From Gammaproteobacteria bacterium (GTDB lineage Bacteria; Pseudomonadota; Gammaproteobacteria; Eutrophobiales; Eutrophobiaceae), in contig CBDCDS010000003.1 of the NCBI GenBank assembly GCA_965215365.1, positions 1,568,001-1,632,000 of the forward strand: DNA of 64,000 bases, read 5' to 3'. This document shows, piece by piece, positions 42,762-52,378 of this stretch. The notes under the pieces were generated by a model that made no database searches, had not been told where the DNA came from, and saw only the letters and a list, made by a program, of their open reading frames with translations. Within the stretch, counting starts at the first letter, position 1. Each line of letters starts with the position of its first letter. A program made the translations under genes and the position numbers.

Positions 42762-43424
42762 CTACTGTTCTTCTGCCTGTGTTTCCTCCGCGGCCTCCAG
42801 CTCCTCCTCTGTCTCCGCCTGCTCCATTTCCTCCTCTTCCATAGTCCCTTTGGGCAAGCTCACGGTCGCCACCGACGCCGACGCATCGCCGCCGGACAGC
42901 AGCGCATAAATTTCGACCCCTTCGGGCAGGACGACATCGCTCAGGTGTACCGACTCACCCACATGCACCTGCGCCATGTCTACATCGATATATTCCGGCA
43001 GGTTGGCCGGCAGGCAGCTTATTTCCAGTTCGGTCATAATGTGGCTGATCACGCCGCCGTCGGTCTTCACCCCCACGCACTGGTGTTCGTTCACAAAATG
43101 CAGTGGCACTCGCATGGTGATTTTCTGTTTCTCGTCAATGCGCAGGAAGTCGATGTGCAGCAGGTCAGGCTTGAAGGGATGTCTCTGTAAATCCTTGACC
43201 ACTACCTGTTCGCTCTGCGTATCCACATTAAGGGTCAGAATACTTGAGTAAAATACCTCCCGATCCAGGCGGTGCAATATATCGTCATGCACTAACGAAA
43301 TGGACTGCGGGTCCTTGCCGGCACCGTAAACAGTGCCGGGAATCCGGCCTGAGCGGCGCAGCCGGCGGCTGGCACTTTTCCCCAGGTTGTTGCGGGGCTC
43401 TGCATTTAATTCATTAACTTGCAT
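42762..43424 (-). CDS. rplY: 50S ribosomal protein L25/Ctc
   Basis: GKSASRRLRR, PGTVYG, QRHPFK..LHIDF, acidic tail. Confidence 0.96.
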   Translation of the reverse strand: MQVNELNAEPRNNLGKSASRRLRRSGRIPGTVYGAGKDPQSISLVHDDILHRLDREVFYSSILTLNVDTQSEQVVVKDLQRHPFKPDLLHIDFLRIDEKQKITMRVPLHFVNEHQCVGVKTDGGVISHIMTELEISCLPANLPEYIDVDMAQVHVGESVHLSDVVLPEGVEIYALLSGGDASASVATVSLPKGTMEEEEMEQAETEEELEAAEETQAEEQ

Positions 43425-43434
43425 TTCACAGCTC

Positions 43435-44388
43435 TCAATCAATAAACATTGAACTCAGCGATTCCCCCTCGGAAATGCGCCGAATACTCTCCGCCAGCAT
43501 GGTGGCGACGCTGAGCCGGCGAATTCTAGCACAATCCGCGGCGGCTGCGCGCAACGGGATGGTATCCGTTACCACCAGCTCATCGAGTTGCGAGGCGTTG
43601 ATATTGCTTAGCGCCGGGCCTGACAGCACCGGGTGGGTGCAATAGGCAACGACCCGGGCGGCGCCGCAATCCTTCAGGGCATTGGAAGCATTGCATAGCG
43701 TGCCTGCCGTATCCACCATATCGTCGACGATGATGCAGGTCCGATCTTTTACGTCGCCAATGATATTCATAATCTCCGACTCGTTGGCCTTGGGCCGGCG
43801 CTTGTCGATAATGGCTAGGTCGGTATCGTCCAGCCGCTTGGCGATGGCGCGCGCGCGCACTACGCCGCCCACATCGGGTGATACCACCATCAGTTGTTCA
43901 TACCGGTGTTTCCAGATATCACCGAGCAGCACCGGGGACGCGTAGACGTTGTCCAACGGCATATCAAAAAATCCCTGGATCTGGTCGGCATGAAGATCTA
44001 CCGTCAAGACCCTGGAAATACCAGTGACTCCGATCATGTTCGCCACCACCTTGGCCGTGATAGGTACCCGAGCCGACCTTGGTCTGCGATCCTGGCGGGC
44101 ATAACCCATGTAGGGGAGCACCGCGGTGACGCGCCCTGCCGAGGCCCTGCGCAAGGCATCGGCAATGATCAACAATTCCATGAGGTTGTCATTGGCCGGC
44201 GCACACAAGGGTTGCAGGATAAACACGTCACGCCCGCGCACATGCTCTGCGAGCTCCACCATGATCTCGCCGTCACTGAAACGGCCCACGCTGATTTTAC
44301 CCAGCGGCATGTTCAGCTCACGCGCAATAGCTGCTGCCAGTTCCGGATTGGCGTTGCCGGAAAACAGCATCATATCAACTAGTGACAT
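43435..44388 (-). CDS. prs: Ribose-phosphate pyrophosphokinase
   Basis: [43 protein letters not shown]. Confidence 0.98.
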   Translation of the reverse strand: MSLVDMMLFSGNANPELAAAIARELNMPLGKISVGRFSDGEIMVELAEHVRGRDVFILQPLCAPANDNLMELLIIADALRRASAGRVTAVLPYMGYARQDRRPRSARVPITAKVVANMIGVTGISRVLTVDLHADQIQGFFDMPLDNVYASPVLLGDIWKHRYEQLMVVSPDVGGVVRARAIAKRLDDTDLAIIDKRRPKANESEIMNIIGDVKDRTCIIVDDMVDTAGTLCNASNALKDCGAARVVAYCTHPVLSGPALSNINASQLDELVVTDTIPLRAAAADCARIRRLSVATMLAESIRRISEGESLSSMFID

Positions 44389-44428
44389 TTTGTCTCCGAA
44401 CCTGTCAGGCGAATGATTACGGGTGTTT

Positions 44429-44542
44429 TAAGGTAATCTCTAAATGCTCATGATCGGGTTACTGCACACCCCGAATGTATGTAAATTTTCAAAATTTACA
44501 TAGCAAAAACGCCATCCGTAGCATTTTTAGAGGCACCCTTTA
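44429..44542. repeat. Family-B element, longest copy (114 bp, MITE-like)
   Basis: Ends TAAGGTAATCTCTAAA / TTTTAGAGGCACCCTTTA. Internal hairpin ATGTAAATTTT-C-AAAATTTACAT; subterminal CCGTAGCATTTT shared with the 52329 copy. Confidence 0.8.
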
Positions 44543-44546
44543 GAAT

Positions 44547-44621
44547 TGGCTGGGGCGCCAGGATTCGAACCTGGGAGTGCAGGGATCAAAACCCTGTGCC
44601 TTACCACTTGGCCACGCCCCA
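44547..44621 (-). tRNA. tRNA-Gln(TTG)
   Basis: TGGGGCG acceptor, anticodon arm CAGGG-TT TTG AT-CCCTG, GGTTCGAATCC, encoded CCA; canonical position upstream of prs. Confidence 0.97.
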
Positions 44622-44730
44622 ACAAGACCCGCGTACTCCAGCAAGTCCCCGCACAGCGCGACGTTTAACGGGACTCTGGCGGGAAACGGCGGTTCAGGCG
44701 CGCATTATAACACAGGCAGATGCGCGCAGC

Positions 44731-45789
44731 TCAGGAAGTTGTGTCGGTCGGATAGTGAGACCGCAGCGATTCATGGTAGGGGCTGCGCAAAATGCCCCGT
44801 TCGGTGATAATGCCCGTAATCAGCTCACCGGGCGTGACATCGAAGGCGGGGTTGCGCACTTTTACCGCCTCGGGCGCGGTGCGGTGGTTGCCCCAGCAGG
44901 TGATTTCTTGCGGCGCCCGTTCCTCGATGGGAATGTCTGCGCCACTGGCCGCATCCGGGTCGATGGTCGAATACGGTATGGCGACATAGAACGGGATGTG
45001 GAAATGGCGCGCCAGGATGGCGATCCCCAGAGTGCCGATCTTGTTGGCGGTGTCGCCGTTGGCGGCAACCCGATCAGCACCGGTGATGACCAGGTCGATA
45101 TTCCCCTGCGCCATCATAGTGGCCGCCATGTTGTCGCAGATCAAGGTGACGTCGATACCAGCCTGCAGCAGTTCCCAGGCCGTCAGGCGCGCGCCTTGCA
45201 GCAGCGGTCGGGTCTCGTCTGCATAAACCCGGAAGTCAATACCATCCCGGTGCGCCAGATACATGGGCGCAGTGGCGGTGCCCCACTCGGCTGTCGCCAG
45301 CCAGCCGGCATTGCAGTGGGTCAGGATGCCCATGCCGGGTTTAATCAGGGGCCTGCCGGCTTCGCCAATGCTGCGGCACAGGCGCCGGTCTTCCGCGTCG
45401 ATGCGCAGGGCCTCTGCCAGTAATTCCGTATGGATGTCCTGCGGGTCGGCGCCGCTCAGCGCTAGCCCGCGTTGCACCATCCGGCGCAAGGCCCAGCGCA
45501 GGTTGACCCCGGTCGGTCGGGCGGCTTCTAGGTAGTCCGCCTGCTGCCGCATTTCCTTGATAAAGCGGTGCCGGTCCAGGTGCACTTTGTCGCGCAACGC
45601 CAACACTAGGCCGTAGGCACCGGCGATGCCGATGGCCGGCGCCCCACGCACCTTGAGTTGTCGGATGGACTCCCGTACCTGGGTTGCGGAAGTCTGGCGC
45701 TGCACCACAATCTCCTGCGGCAACAGGGTCTGGTCGAGCAGGTACAACTCGCCATCCTGCCAGCGTACTGCCTGAACGGTGTCTGTCAT
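44731..45789 (-). CDS. mtnA: S-methyl-5-thioribose-1-phosphate isomerase
   Basis: LLDQT.LP, VRGAPAIG, RPT.VNL, THCNAG.LAT, DETRPLLQGARLT, ANKIGT, NPAFDVTP. Confidence 0.96.
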   Translation of the reverse strand: MTDTVQAVRWQDGELYLLDQTLLPQEIVVQRQTSATQVRESIRQLKVRGAPAIGIAGAYGLVLALRDKVHLDRHRFIKEMRQQADYLEAARPTGVNLRWALRRMVQRGLALSGADPQDIHTELLAEALRIDAEDRRLCRSIGEAGRPLIKPGMGILTHCNAGWLATAEWGTATAPMYLAHRDGIDFRVYADETRPLLQGARLTAWELLQAGIDVTLICDNMAATMMAQGNIDLVITGADRVAANGDTANKIGTLGIAILARHFHIPFYVAIPYSTIDPDAASGADIPIEERAPQEITCWGNHRTAPEAVKVRNPAFDVTPGELITGIITERGILRSPYHESLRSHYPTDTTS

Positions 45790-45864
45790 GTTACACTTCT
45801 GCGTTTTTGATGGATGTTTACTAGCGCGCATACAGCGCGTACAGAGTAGCACGCGTCACTCCCC

Positions 45865-47043
45865 ATGAGATCAAAGAAATCGAAAAAATTGGAACCATTG
45901 TCGGATGCTGAGCCGTTATTGCTGACCCCGGGGCCGTTAACCACGTCCGCGCGCGTCAAACAGGCCATGCTGCACGACTACGGCTCGCGTGACAGCCGTT
46001 TCATCGAACTCAACCGGCGTATCTGCACCGGGCTGCTGTCCCTGTGTGACGCTGGCCAGACCCATTTGTGCATCCCCCTGCAGGGCAGCGGCTCGTTCGC
46101 GGTGGAAGCGATGATCGCCAACCAGTTACCTGGGGAGGGAAAACTGCTGAACCTGGTGAACGGCGCCTACGGCCACCGTATCACGGAAATCTGCCGCTAC
46201 CTGGGACGGGAGGTCAGCGTGCTGGAGACGGCGGAACACCTGCCGGTTGACGTGGCCGCCCTGGAGCAGGCGCTGACGTCGGATGCCGGTATTACCCACG
46301 TGGCGGTCGTTTACTGTGAAACCACCTCGGGCATAATGAACCCGCTGGCGCAGGTTGCGCAGGTGGTTGCCGCGCATGGGCGCAAGCTGTTGATCGATGC
46401 CATGAGCGCTTTCGGCGCGCTACCTCTGAGCGGTGCCGATATTCCCTTTGCGGCGCTGGCCGCATCCGCCAACAAGTGCCTGGAAAGCGTACCGGGACTG
46501 GGGTTTGTCATCGCAGAACAAACCACCTTCGCAGCCACCGCAGGCAACGCCCACTCGTTGAGCCTGGACCTGTACCAGCAATGGCGCTATCTGAACGACA
46601 CCGGCCAATGGCGCTTTACGCCCCCCACCCACTGCTTGCTGGCGCTGCATGAAGCCCTGCATCAACTTGAAGAAGAAGGCGGCGTAGCAGCGCGCCGCCG
46701 CCGTTATCAGGACAACTGCCGGACGCTGGTACAAGGGATGCGGGCACTCGGTTTTGAAACCCTGTTGCCCGACCACCTGCAAGCGCCCATCATCGTGACA
46801 TTCCTGCCTCTACAGCATGAGGCATTCAGCTTTGAAGAGTTCTATCGCCGCCTCAGCGACAAGGGCTTCGTGATTTATCCGGGCAAACTAACGCAGCAAG
46901 AAAGTTTCAGGATCGGCTGCATCGGACAGGTAACCCCGAACCAGATAAGCGCGGCAGTATCGGCGGTAGCTCAGGTGTTGCAGGAGCTGTCGCCGGCGCT
47001 CTCCTGTTCGTTATTCCGGCGCAAGCCGGAATCAAGTCGATAA
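45865..47043 (+). CDS. phnW: 2-aminoethylphosphonate--pyruvate transaminase
   Basis: LLTPGPLTTS, QGSGSFAVEA, CETTSG..NP, DAMSAFG, SANKCLE.VPG, QWRFTPPTH, IYPGKLT. Confidence 0.93.
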   Translation: MRSKKSKKLEPLSDAEPLLLTPGPLTTSARVKQAMLHDYGSRDSRFIELNRRICTGLLSLCDAGQTHLCIPLQGSGSFAVEAMIANQLPGEGKLLNLVNGAYGHRITEICRYLGREVSVLETAEHLPVDVAALEQALTSDAGITHVAVVYCETTSGIMNPLAQVAQVVAAHGRKLLIDAMSAFGALPLSGADIPFAALAASANKCLESVPGLGFVIAEQTTFAATAGNAHSLSLDLYQQWRYLNDTGQWRFTPPTHCLLALHEALHQLEEEGGVAARRRRYQDNCRTLVQGMRALGFETLLPDHLQAPIIVTFLPLQHEAFSFEEFYRRLSDKGFVIYPGKLTQQESFRIGCIGQVTPNQISAAVSAVAQVLQELSPALSCSLFRRKPESSR

Positions 47044-47045
47044 AA

Positions 47046-47100
47046 TATGGTAACCTCTAAAGGTCACCTCTAACCCGCATATTTCATCAGGTACGGGTTG
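47046..47100. repeat. Nested family-B, family-B and family-A ends
   Basis: TATGGTAACCTCTAA-AGGTCACCTC-TAACCCGCATATTTCATCAGG-TACGGGTTG. Confidence 0.75.
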
Positions 47101-47104
47101 ATAT

Positions 47105-48412
47105 ATGAATATTGAAATAGTGATTAGTATAACAGTTGTTATGACGGCAGTTATCGCGGCGGTGGTGACCTGGATTTTTGCTGCAAGGAAAACCGCAACA
47201 CTGAATCAGGAAAATACCGAATTACAAGTTGAAAACAAGCAATTAAGCGGCGAAGTTGAAAATTTGAAGGGTATCCGGGCGGAGCGGGATAAGCACCACA
47301 AAGAGCAGCTGGAACAGTTCAGCGAACAAAAAGAAGCGCTGAAAAAGGAATTTGAAAATCTGGCTAACAGGATTTTTGAAGAAAAAGGAAAGATGTTTTC
47401 GGAAACAAGCAAGTCTTCTCTGGACGTGATGTTGAAACCTTTCAGGGAACAACTGCAAGGCTTTCAAAACAGAATCAACGAAATCCACACGGAGTCGGTT
47501 AAGGGAAATACCAACCTGGGGTCGGAAATCAAAAGGGTTCTTGACGTTGGGTTAAAGATGCAGGAAGAAGCGAATAACCTGACTGCCGCATTGAAAGGCA
47601 ATTCACAACAACGGGGGGCATGGGGCGAAGCCCAACTGGAGCGCACGTTGCAGCTGAGCGGTTTACAGGAGGGCCACCATTATGACGGCCAGGAAAGTTT
47701 CAAGGATCCTGAAGGAAAAACAAAACGAACCGATTACGTGGTGAAGCTGCCGGATGGAAAACACCTGGTCATTGACAGCAAGGTAAACCTGCCTGATTAC
47801 GACAGGGCGGTGGCGGCCCGGACTGATGAGGAAATAACGGTTGCCCTAGAAGCGCATGTCTCAGCGGTGAAAAGGCATATTGATAATCTGGCAGCCAAGG
47901 ACTACACAAACCTTATCGGCGTTAACAGCCCCAGCTTCATATTGATGTTCATGCCGATTGAACCTGCTTATATTGAGGCGTTAAAACACGACCGGGAACT
48001 TTTTAACTATGGTTTCCAGAAGGGAATTGTCCTGGTTTCCCATACCACGTTGATTCCGATATTGAGGACCGTTGCTAATCTGTGGATGCTGGAACAGAGC
48101 AACAAGCAGGCTCGTGAGCTCGGCGACAAGGCACTGGATATATATAATCAGGTATGCACGGTCGCAGGACATGTGTGCAAGTTGGGCGGCTCCTTAAAAA
48201 CAGTGGGGAATCATTACAACTCTGCGGTAACTTCCTTGGTAGGGCAGCAAGGCCTGTACGGAAAGGTTGAGCGCTTCAGCGAGTTCTCAAGCAAGATGAA
48301 AAAGGAAATGCCCAAACCGGAACCGGTGCACCTAGAAGGAGAAGATCAAAGATTGAAGCTAGAAGCCAAGCCATTGAGCGACGAGCCACCTGTCATCGGC
48401 TCAGGGGATTGA
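47105..48412 (+). CDS. rmuC: DNA recombination protein RmuC
   Basis: F.NLAN.IFEEK, G.WGE..LE, LVIDSK, MFMPIEPA; lower GC than flanks. Confidence 0.92.
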   Translation: MNIEIVISITVVMTAVIAAVVTWIFAARKTATLNQENTELQVENKQLSGEVENLKGIRAERDKHHKEQLEQFSEQKEALKKEFENLANRIFEEKGKMFSETSKSSLDVMLKPFREQLQGFQNRINEIHTESVKGNTNLGSEIKRVLDVGLKMQEEANNLTAALKGNSQQRGAWGEAQLERTLQLSGLQEGHHYDGQESFKDPEGKTKRTDYVVKLPDGKHLVIDSKVNLPDYDRAVAARTDEEITVALEAHVSAVKRHIDNLAAKDYTNLIGVNSPSFILMFMPIEPAYIEALKHDRELFNYGFQKGIVLVSHTTLIPILRTVANLWMLEQSNKQARELGDKALDIYNQVCTVAGHVCKLGGSLKTVGNHYNSAVTSLVGQQGLYGKVERFSEFSSKMKKEMPKPEPVHLEGEDQRLKLEAKPLSDEPPVIGSGD

Positions 48413-48433
48413 CCCACTCTTGCCAGGACAATA

Positions 48434-49666
48434 CTACAACCACCCCGCCGGTACTTGAATAATGTCGGGTGTAACCCATTTAACTTGTTCGCCCTGATTA
48501 ACCAGCAAGCCCATCGGCAAGTCGTTATCCTTCACAAAACCTGTCAGGGATTTCAGGCTGCTGCGTTTGACTGAGCTGCCGTATTTGATTTCAACGGGCA
48601 AAACGCCGAACGGGCCTTCAATAATCAAATCAATTTCCGCGCCGCCTCGAGTTCGGTAATAGTGTGCGGACCAGTTGCTTACCAGAGTTGCTTCAAGGCC
48701 TTTAATCAACTCATCACACACGTAAGCCTCGAAAGAAGCGCCGACGACCGGGTCTGTCATCAATTCATCCACGCTGTGTATCCCAAGCAGGTGATGCAGC
48801 AAGCCGGAATCCCTTATGTACCCTTTGGGCATTTTTGTGATGGACTTTGTGACGGAACCCTCAAAGCAGCTCAGTTTCCGCCAGATATACGTGCCATGAG
48901 CAATATCAAGATAGTCGCGGATGCTCGATTCACTTGCTTCAACCGCCCTTCCTATATGGCTTTTGTTGATAAGTGTGCCGGATAACTTGCACAACATGGT
49001 AAGAAATCGTCGGTATCTCTGACGATTGAGTTTTGGAAACAGCTTTGCAATATCCCGGTTGATATACGTATCCCGGTAATTATCCATCCAGACTGCATGG
49101 CGCTGTGGGTCGTCGGCAAGCGCTGGCTCCGGGTATCCTCCGTAGAACCAGCGTCGTTGTACTTGTTCTTTGCTGAGTGGCGGCGCGCCGGCAACGGGGA
49201 TGGCTTTGCTCAATCCGGTTTCAAAAAGTGAGTAAAACGGACTCAGCGGCAGCTCGTAATACTCATTACTCTTGAACGTACCCAGTTCAACGATGGCCAC
49301 ACGGCCGGCCAGCGTTTCCGATATTTCGGTGATCAAGGTGGGACTGCTTGAACCCGTGAGAATAAACCGCCCGTTTTTCTTTCTCTCGGCATCAATTACG
49401 CCACGCAGTGTCTTGAAGATATGAGGATATTCCTGAGCCTCGTCAAGAATCAGTGAGGCCGGGTGCTCAGTGAAAAAAAATGACGGATCATAGCTCAAAC
49501 GATCCATATCCTCAGGACGTTCAAGATCTACATAAGTCCAGTTTTTTCCGAGCGCTTTGGCAAGCGTGGTTTTCCCGGTCTGTCTTGCCCCCAGGATGGC
49601 CACCGCCGGGAACCACTCCAACAGTTTAAGGCATTTAGAGTAAACATTTCTGTTTTTGTCTGTCAT
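48434..49666 (-). CDS. AAA_14 ATPase with DUF4143 domain
   Basis: GARQTGKTT, LILDEAQ, FILTGSS, ETLAGR, GGYPE, K.PKGY..DSGLL, YYRT..GAEIDL. Confidence 0.92.
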   Translation of the reverse strand: MTDKNRNVYSKCLKLLEWFPAVAILGARQTGKTTLAKALGKNWTYVDLERPEDMDRLSYDPSFFFTEHPASLILDEAQEYPHIFKTLRGVIDAERKKNGRFILTGSSSPTLITEISETLAGRVAIVELGTFKSNEYYELPLSPFYSLFETGLSKAIPVAGAPPLSKEQVQRRWFYGGYPEPALADDPQRHAVWMDNYRDTYINRDIAKLFPKLNRQRYRRFLTMLCKLSGTLINKSHIGRAVEASESSIRDYLDIAHGTYIWRKLSCFEGSVTKSITKMPKGYIRDSGLLHHLLGIHSVDELMTDPVVGASFEAYVCDELIKGLEATLVSNWSAHYYRTRGGAEIDLIIEGPFGVLPVEIKYGSSVKRSSLKSLTGFVKDNDLPMGLLVNQGEQVKWVTPDIIQVPAGWL

Positions 49667-49693
49667 TTTCGTGATCATCTCACGAAAATGACA
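49661..49693. promoter_or_regulatory. Perfect 14-bp inverted repeat covering the AAA gene start
   Basis: TGTCATTTTCGTGA-TCATC-TCACGAAAATGACA. Confidence 0.7.
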
Positions 49694-49706
49694 TATAAAC
49701 AACAGG

Positions 49707-49729
49707 TGGTGCCGGATGATGGGTTCGAA
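49707..49729 (-). other. Orphan tRNA 3'-end fragment (att-like scar; possibly tRNA-Thr)
   Basis: Minus strand TTCGAAC-CCATC-ATCCGGC-A-CCA gives T-loop, 3' T-stem, acceptor strand, discriminator and CCA at exact tRNA spacing. The 5' part of the tRNA is absent. Confidence 0.65.
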
Positions 49730-49809
49730 ACTGCCGGATAGGGTAGCACCTAAGCAGAGGCGGTAAAAACTTTATGACCTGTCAAGGATGGGGATTCTTG
49801 GAAGTTTCT

Positions 49810-49893
49810 TCCCGGCCAGGTGTCCGTATCAATATCGGCGCGCACGGAGCCGGTCAGCAGGTAACGACCGGGGCGACTGTCAGAATCTACCGC
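49810..49893 (-). pseudogene. Fragment of a second AAA_14/DUF4143 ATPase
   Basis: Translates AVDSDSRPGRYLLTGSVRADIDTDTWPG. Confidence 0.7.
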
Positions 49894-49910
49894 TGTGTAA
49901 TAGGGACGCC

Positions 49911-51042
49911 TGTCCGGGTTCAGAAACAAGTGAGACTCTTTAGATAAAGAAATCGGGTAGTCTGTGTGTGAATTAATCTCAACTAATTGACACAGGAGGA
50001 CTACCCGATGCAGATCAAAAGCCTGCGGGTGAAATCATATCGCAGTTGGCGCGTCGATGATACTACCGATGCTGACGCGCGCGGTCGTTTGAAGCAGTTG
50101 GAATTGGTTGCGACGTTACGCGAGGATGGGTGTGGTGAGGCGACGGCACTGGCAGCAGTAGGTTGGTCGAGGGCGACCTACTACCGTTGGTTGAAGCGGT
50201 ATCGTGAACATGGGCTGAAGGGTCTGGGGTGTGGCTCTCGTGCGCCGCGGCGGCGGCGTGTGCCGCAATGGACGCGCCAGCACGAGCAGCAGGTCTTGCA
50301 CCTTCGCCAACGTTATCCGTTATGGGGTAAGCGTAAGCTCTGGCGGGTGGGGGTGCGCGAGCAGGGCTGGACTTTGAGCGAGAGTACGGTCGGGCGCATC
50401 GTGGCGAAGCTGGTGCGGCTGGGTCGGGTCAAGCCGGTGGCGTTTTACTATGGCCGGGTGAAGCCTAAGCGCCGCCGGGCGTTTACCCATCATGCCAAGC
50501 GCTGGCGCTACGGGATGAAGGCTAAGGCGCCAGGGGAGTTGATGCAGATAGACCACATGAGTGTCGGCTTCACGGACGGCATCACGGTGAAGGAGTTCAA
50601 GGCCGTCTGTCCGGTGAGCAAATGGAGTGCGCTGCGAGCCTACAGTCGGGCCACCAGTGGCAATGCCCGGCGCTTCTTAAAAGCGCTGCTCGGTGAGGCG
50701 CCGTTTCCCATCCGTTCTATCCAGGTCGATGGCGGCTCGGAGTTCCGAGATGAGTTCGAGCAGGCTTGCCAGGACTTAGGAATCCCCCTGTACGTGCTGC
50801 CCCCGAAAAAACCCGAATACAACGGCTGTGTAGAACGCGCCAATGCCACCAGCCGCTATGAGTTCTATCCGTTCTACGAGGGCCCACTGACCGTGGCCGC
50901 CATCAACCGCAAACTGGCAGAGTATCAGCAATACTACAATACCTACCGCCCGCATGACGGTATTGGTTTATTAACCCCAATGGAGTATTATCAACAACTC
51001 ACACAGCCTGCCTCTGAGTCTCATATGTATTGAACCTGGACA
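49911..51042 (+). mobile_element. IS481-family element, copy 2 (apparently identical to copy 1)
   Basis: Same TGT...ACA ends and identical transposase; CGCC target duplication. Confidence 0.95.
50008..51033 (+). CDS. IS481-family transposase
   Basis: Protein identical to 35227-36252. Confidence 0.93.
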   Translation: MQIKSLRVKSYRSWRVDDTTDADARGRLKQLELVATLREDGCGEATALAAVGWSRATYYRWLKRYREHGLKGLGCGSRAPRRRRVPQWTRQHEQQVLHLRQRYPLWGKRKLWRVGVREQGWTLSESTVGRIVAKLVRLGRVKPVAFYYGRVKPKRRRAFTHHAKRWRYGMKAKAPGELMQIDHMSVGFTDGITVKEFKAVCPVSKWSALRAYSRATSGNARRFLKALLGEAPFPIRSIQVDGGSEFRDEFEQACQDLGIPLYVLPPKKPEYNGCVERANATSRYEFYPFYEGPLTVAAINRKLAEYQQYYNTYRPHDGIGLLTPMEYYQQLTQPASESHMY

Positions 51043-51162
51043 CGCCATTTTATTACCCTTCAGGGTGTGTTACAGTGACCTGAGAACAATGCCCTCTGTG
51101 GCATTTTTAGCCATCAGTCCCGGATATGCCCCGAACATGTTCAGGAGTTAAGGAGACCCACC

Positions 51163-51756
51163 ATGACATTACGACGTAGTATCAATATCCTCCTGCTTGC
51201 CGCGACCTGCACGGTCTTTGGCAAGAGTGCCGTTGCAGCCGAATACGAGATTGATATTCCCGGTATGCATGCAGCCATTCAGTTCCGTATCCTGCATCTG
51301 GGCTATAGCGTACTGACCGGCCGCTTCAACGACTTTCGCGGTTCCTTCACCTGGGACCAGGATAACCCCGAGGCCTCGTCTATCAATGTGACGGTGCAAA
51401 CAGCCAGCATCGATTCAAACCATGCAGAACGGGACAAGCACCTGCGCGAGGAGGACTTTCTGAATGTGGCAAAATACCCGGAGGCGACATTCAAAAGCAC
51501 GCAATACAACGGCGATGCCAATGGCGGCACACTGGAAGGGATACTGACCCTGCATGGCGTCAGCAAGCCCATCGCTATCGACGTAACATTCATCGGCGAA
51601 GGGGATGACCCCTGGGGCGGTTACCGCGCCGGCTTTGAAGGCAGCGTCACCATCCGCCGCTCCGATTTCGGCATGATGTACAACCTGGGCCCCAAATCGG
51701 ATGAAATGCAGCTGGACTTGTATATTGAGGGTTGCCGGGATACCTGCCAGAAATAA
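51163..51756 (+). CDS. yceI: YceI family polyisoprenoid-binding periplasmic protein
   Basis: Signal peptide, H..IQF...HLGYS...GRF, SIDSNHAERDKHLR, DPWGGYRAGFEG. Confidence 0.93.
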   Translation: MTLRRSINILLLAATCTVFGKSAVAAEYEIDIPGMHAAIQFRILHLGYSVLTGRFNDFRGSFTWDQDNPEASSINVTVQTASIDSNHAERDKHLREEDFLNVAKYPEATFKSTQYNGDANGGTLEGILTLHGVSKPIAIDVTFIGEGDDPWGGYRAGFEGSVTIRRSDFGMMYNLGPKSDEMQLDLYIEGCRDTCQK

Positions 51757-51791
51757 TGGGGCGGCGAGGTTCAGTTAAAACGCACTGAATC

Positions 51792-52331
51792 ATGTTGATC
51801 ACCAATTCCCGGCTGCGTTTTGGCCTGTTCAGCAAGCTGCTGCACTGGACCCTGGCGCTGCTCATGCTCGGCCTGATCGGGTTGGGCTGGTACATGGTGG
51901 GCCTGACCTACTACGACAAGTGGTACAACGCTTCGCTGCATTACCACAAGTCACTGGGCCTCCTGGCACTGGCCCTGGCTGTGGTCAAGCTGGGTTGGCA
52001 GGTTTATACGCCGGTGCCGCGGCCATTGGCGACCTTGCAACCCTGGGAAAAAGCCGCAGCAAAGCTGATGCACTACCTGTTATGGGGCATGTTGTTGCTC
52101 ATCCCCATCACCGGCTATCTTATTTCCACCGCTGCGGGCAAACCCATCCAGCTGTTCAACTGGTTTGCCATCCCCGCCATCGTGGATGTGGGTGAGGCGC
52201 TGAGAGAACTTGCCATCGACATCCATTTCTATCTGGCCTACGCCACCTTGTTGCTGGTCATCGGCCATGCCGGCGCGGCGCTGAAACATCACTTCATCAA
52301 CCGGGATGAGACGCTGCAACGGATGTTGTAG
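51792..52331 (+). CDS. Cytochrome b561 (YceJ/CybB-like)
   Basis: LHW, HKS.G, H..L and GH..AALKHH heme ligands; adjacent to yceI. Confidence 0.9.
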   Translation: MLITNSRLRFGLFSKLLHWTLALLMLGLIGLGWYMVGLTYYDKWYNASLHYHKSLGLLALALAVVKLGWQVYTPVPRPLATLQPWEKAAAKLMHYLLWGMLLLIPITGYLISTAAGKPIQLFNWFAIPAIVDVGEALRELAIDIHFYLAYATLLLVIGHAGAALKHHFINRDETLQRML

Positions 52332-52376
52332 GCGCCTCTGAAAATGCTCTCCGTAGCATTTTCAGAGGCTACCATA
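52329..52376. repeat. Family-B element; includes the cytochrome b561 stop and is a likely terminator hairpin
   Basis: TAGGCGCCTCTGAAAATGCT-CTCCGT-AGCATTTTCAGAGGCTACCATA. Confidence 0.85.
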
Positions 52377-52378
52377 AT

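Noticed and set aside
35130-51042. Composite transposon bounded by the two IS481 copies
   Set aside because: Each copy has its own TSD (CAAT versus CGCC) and the interval holds core genes, so these are independent insertions.
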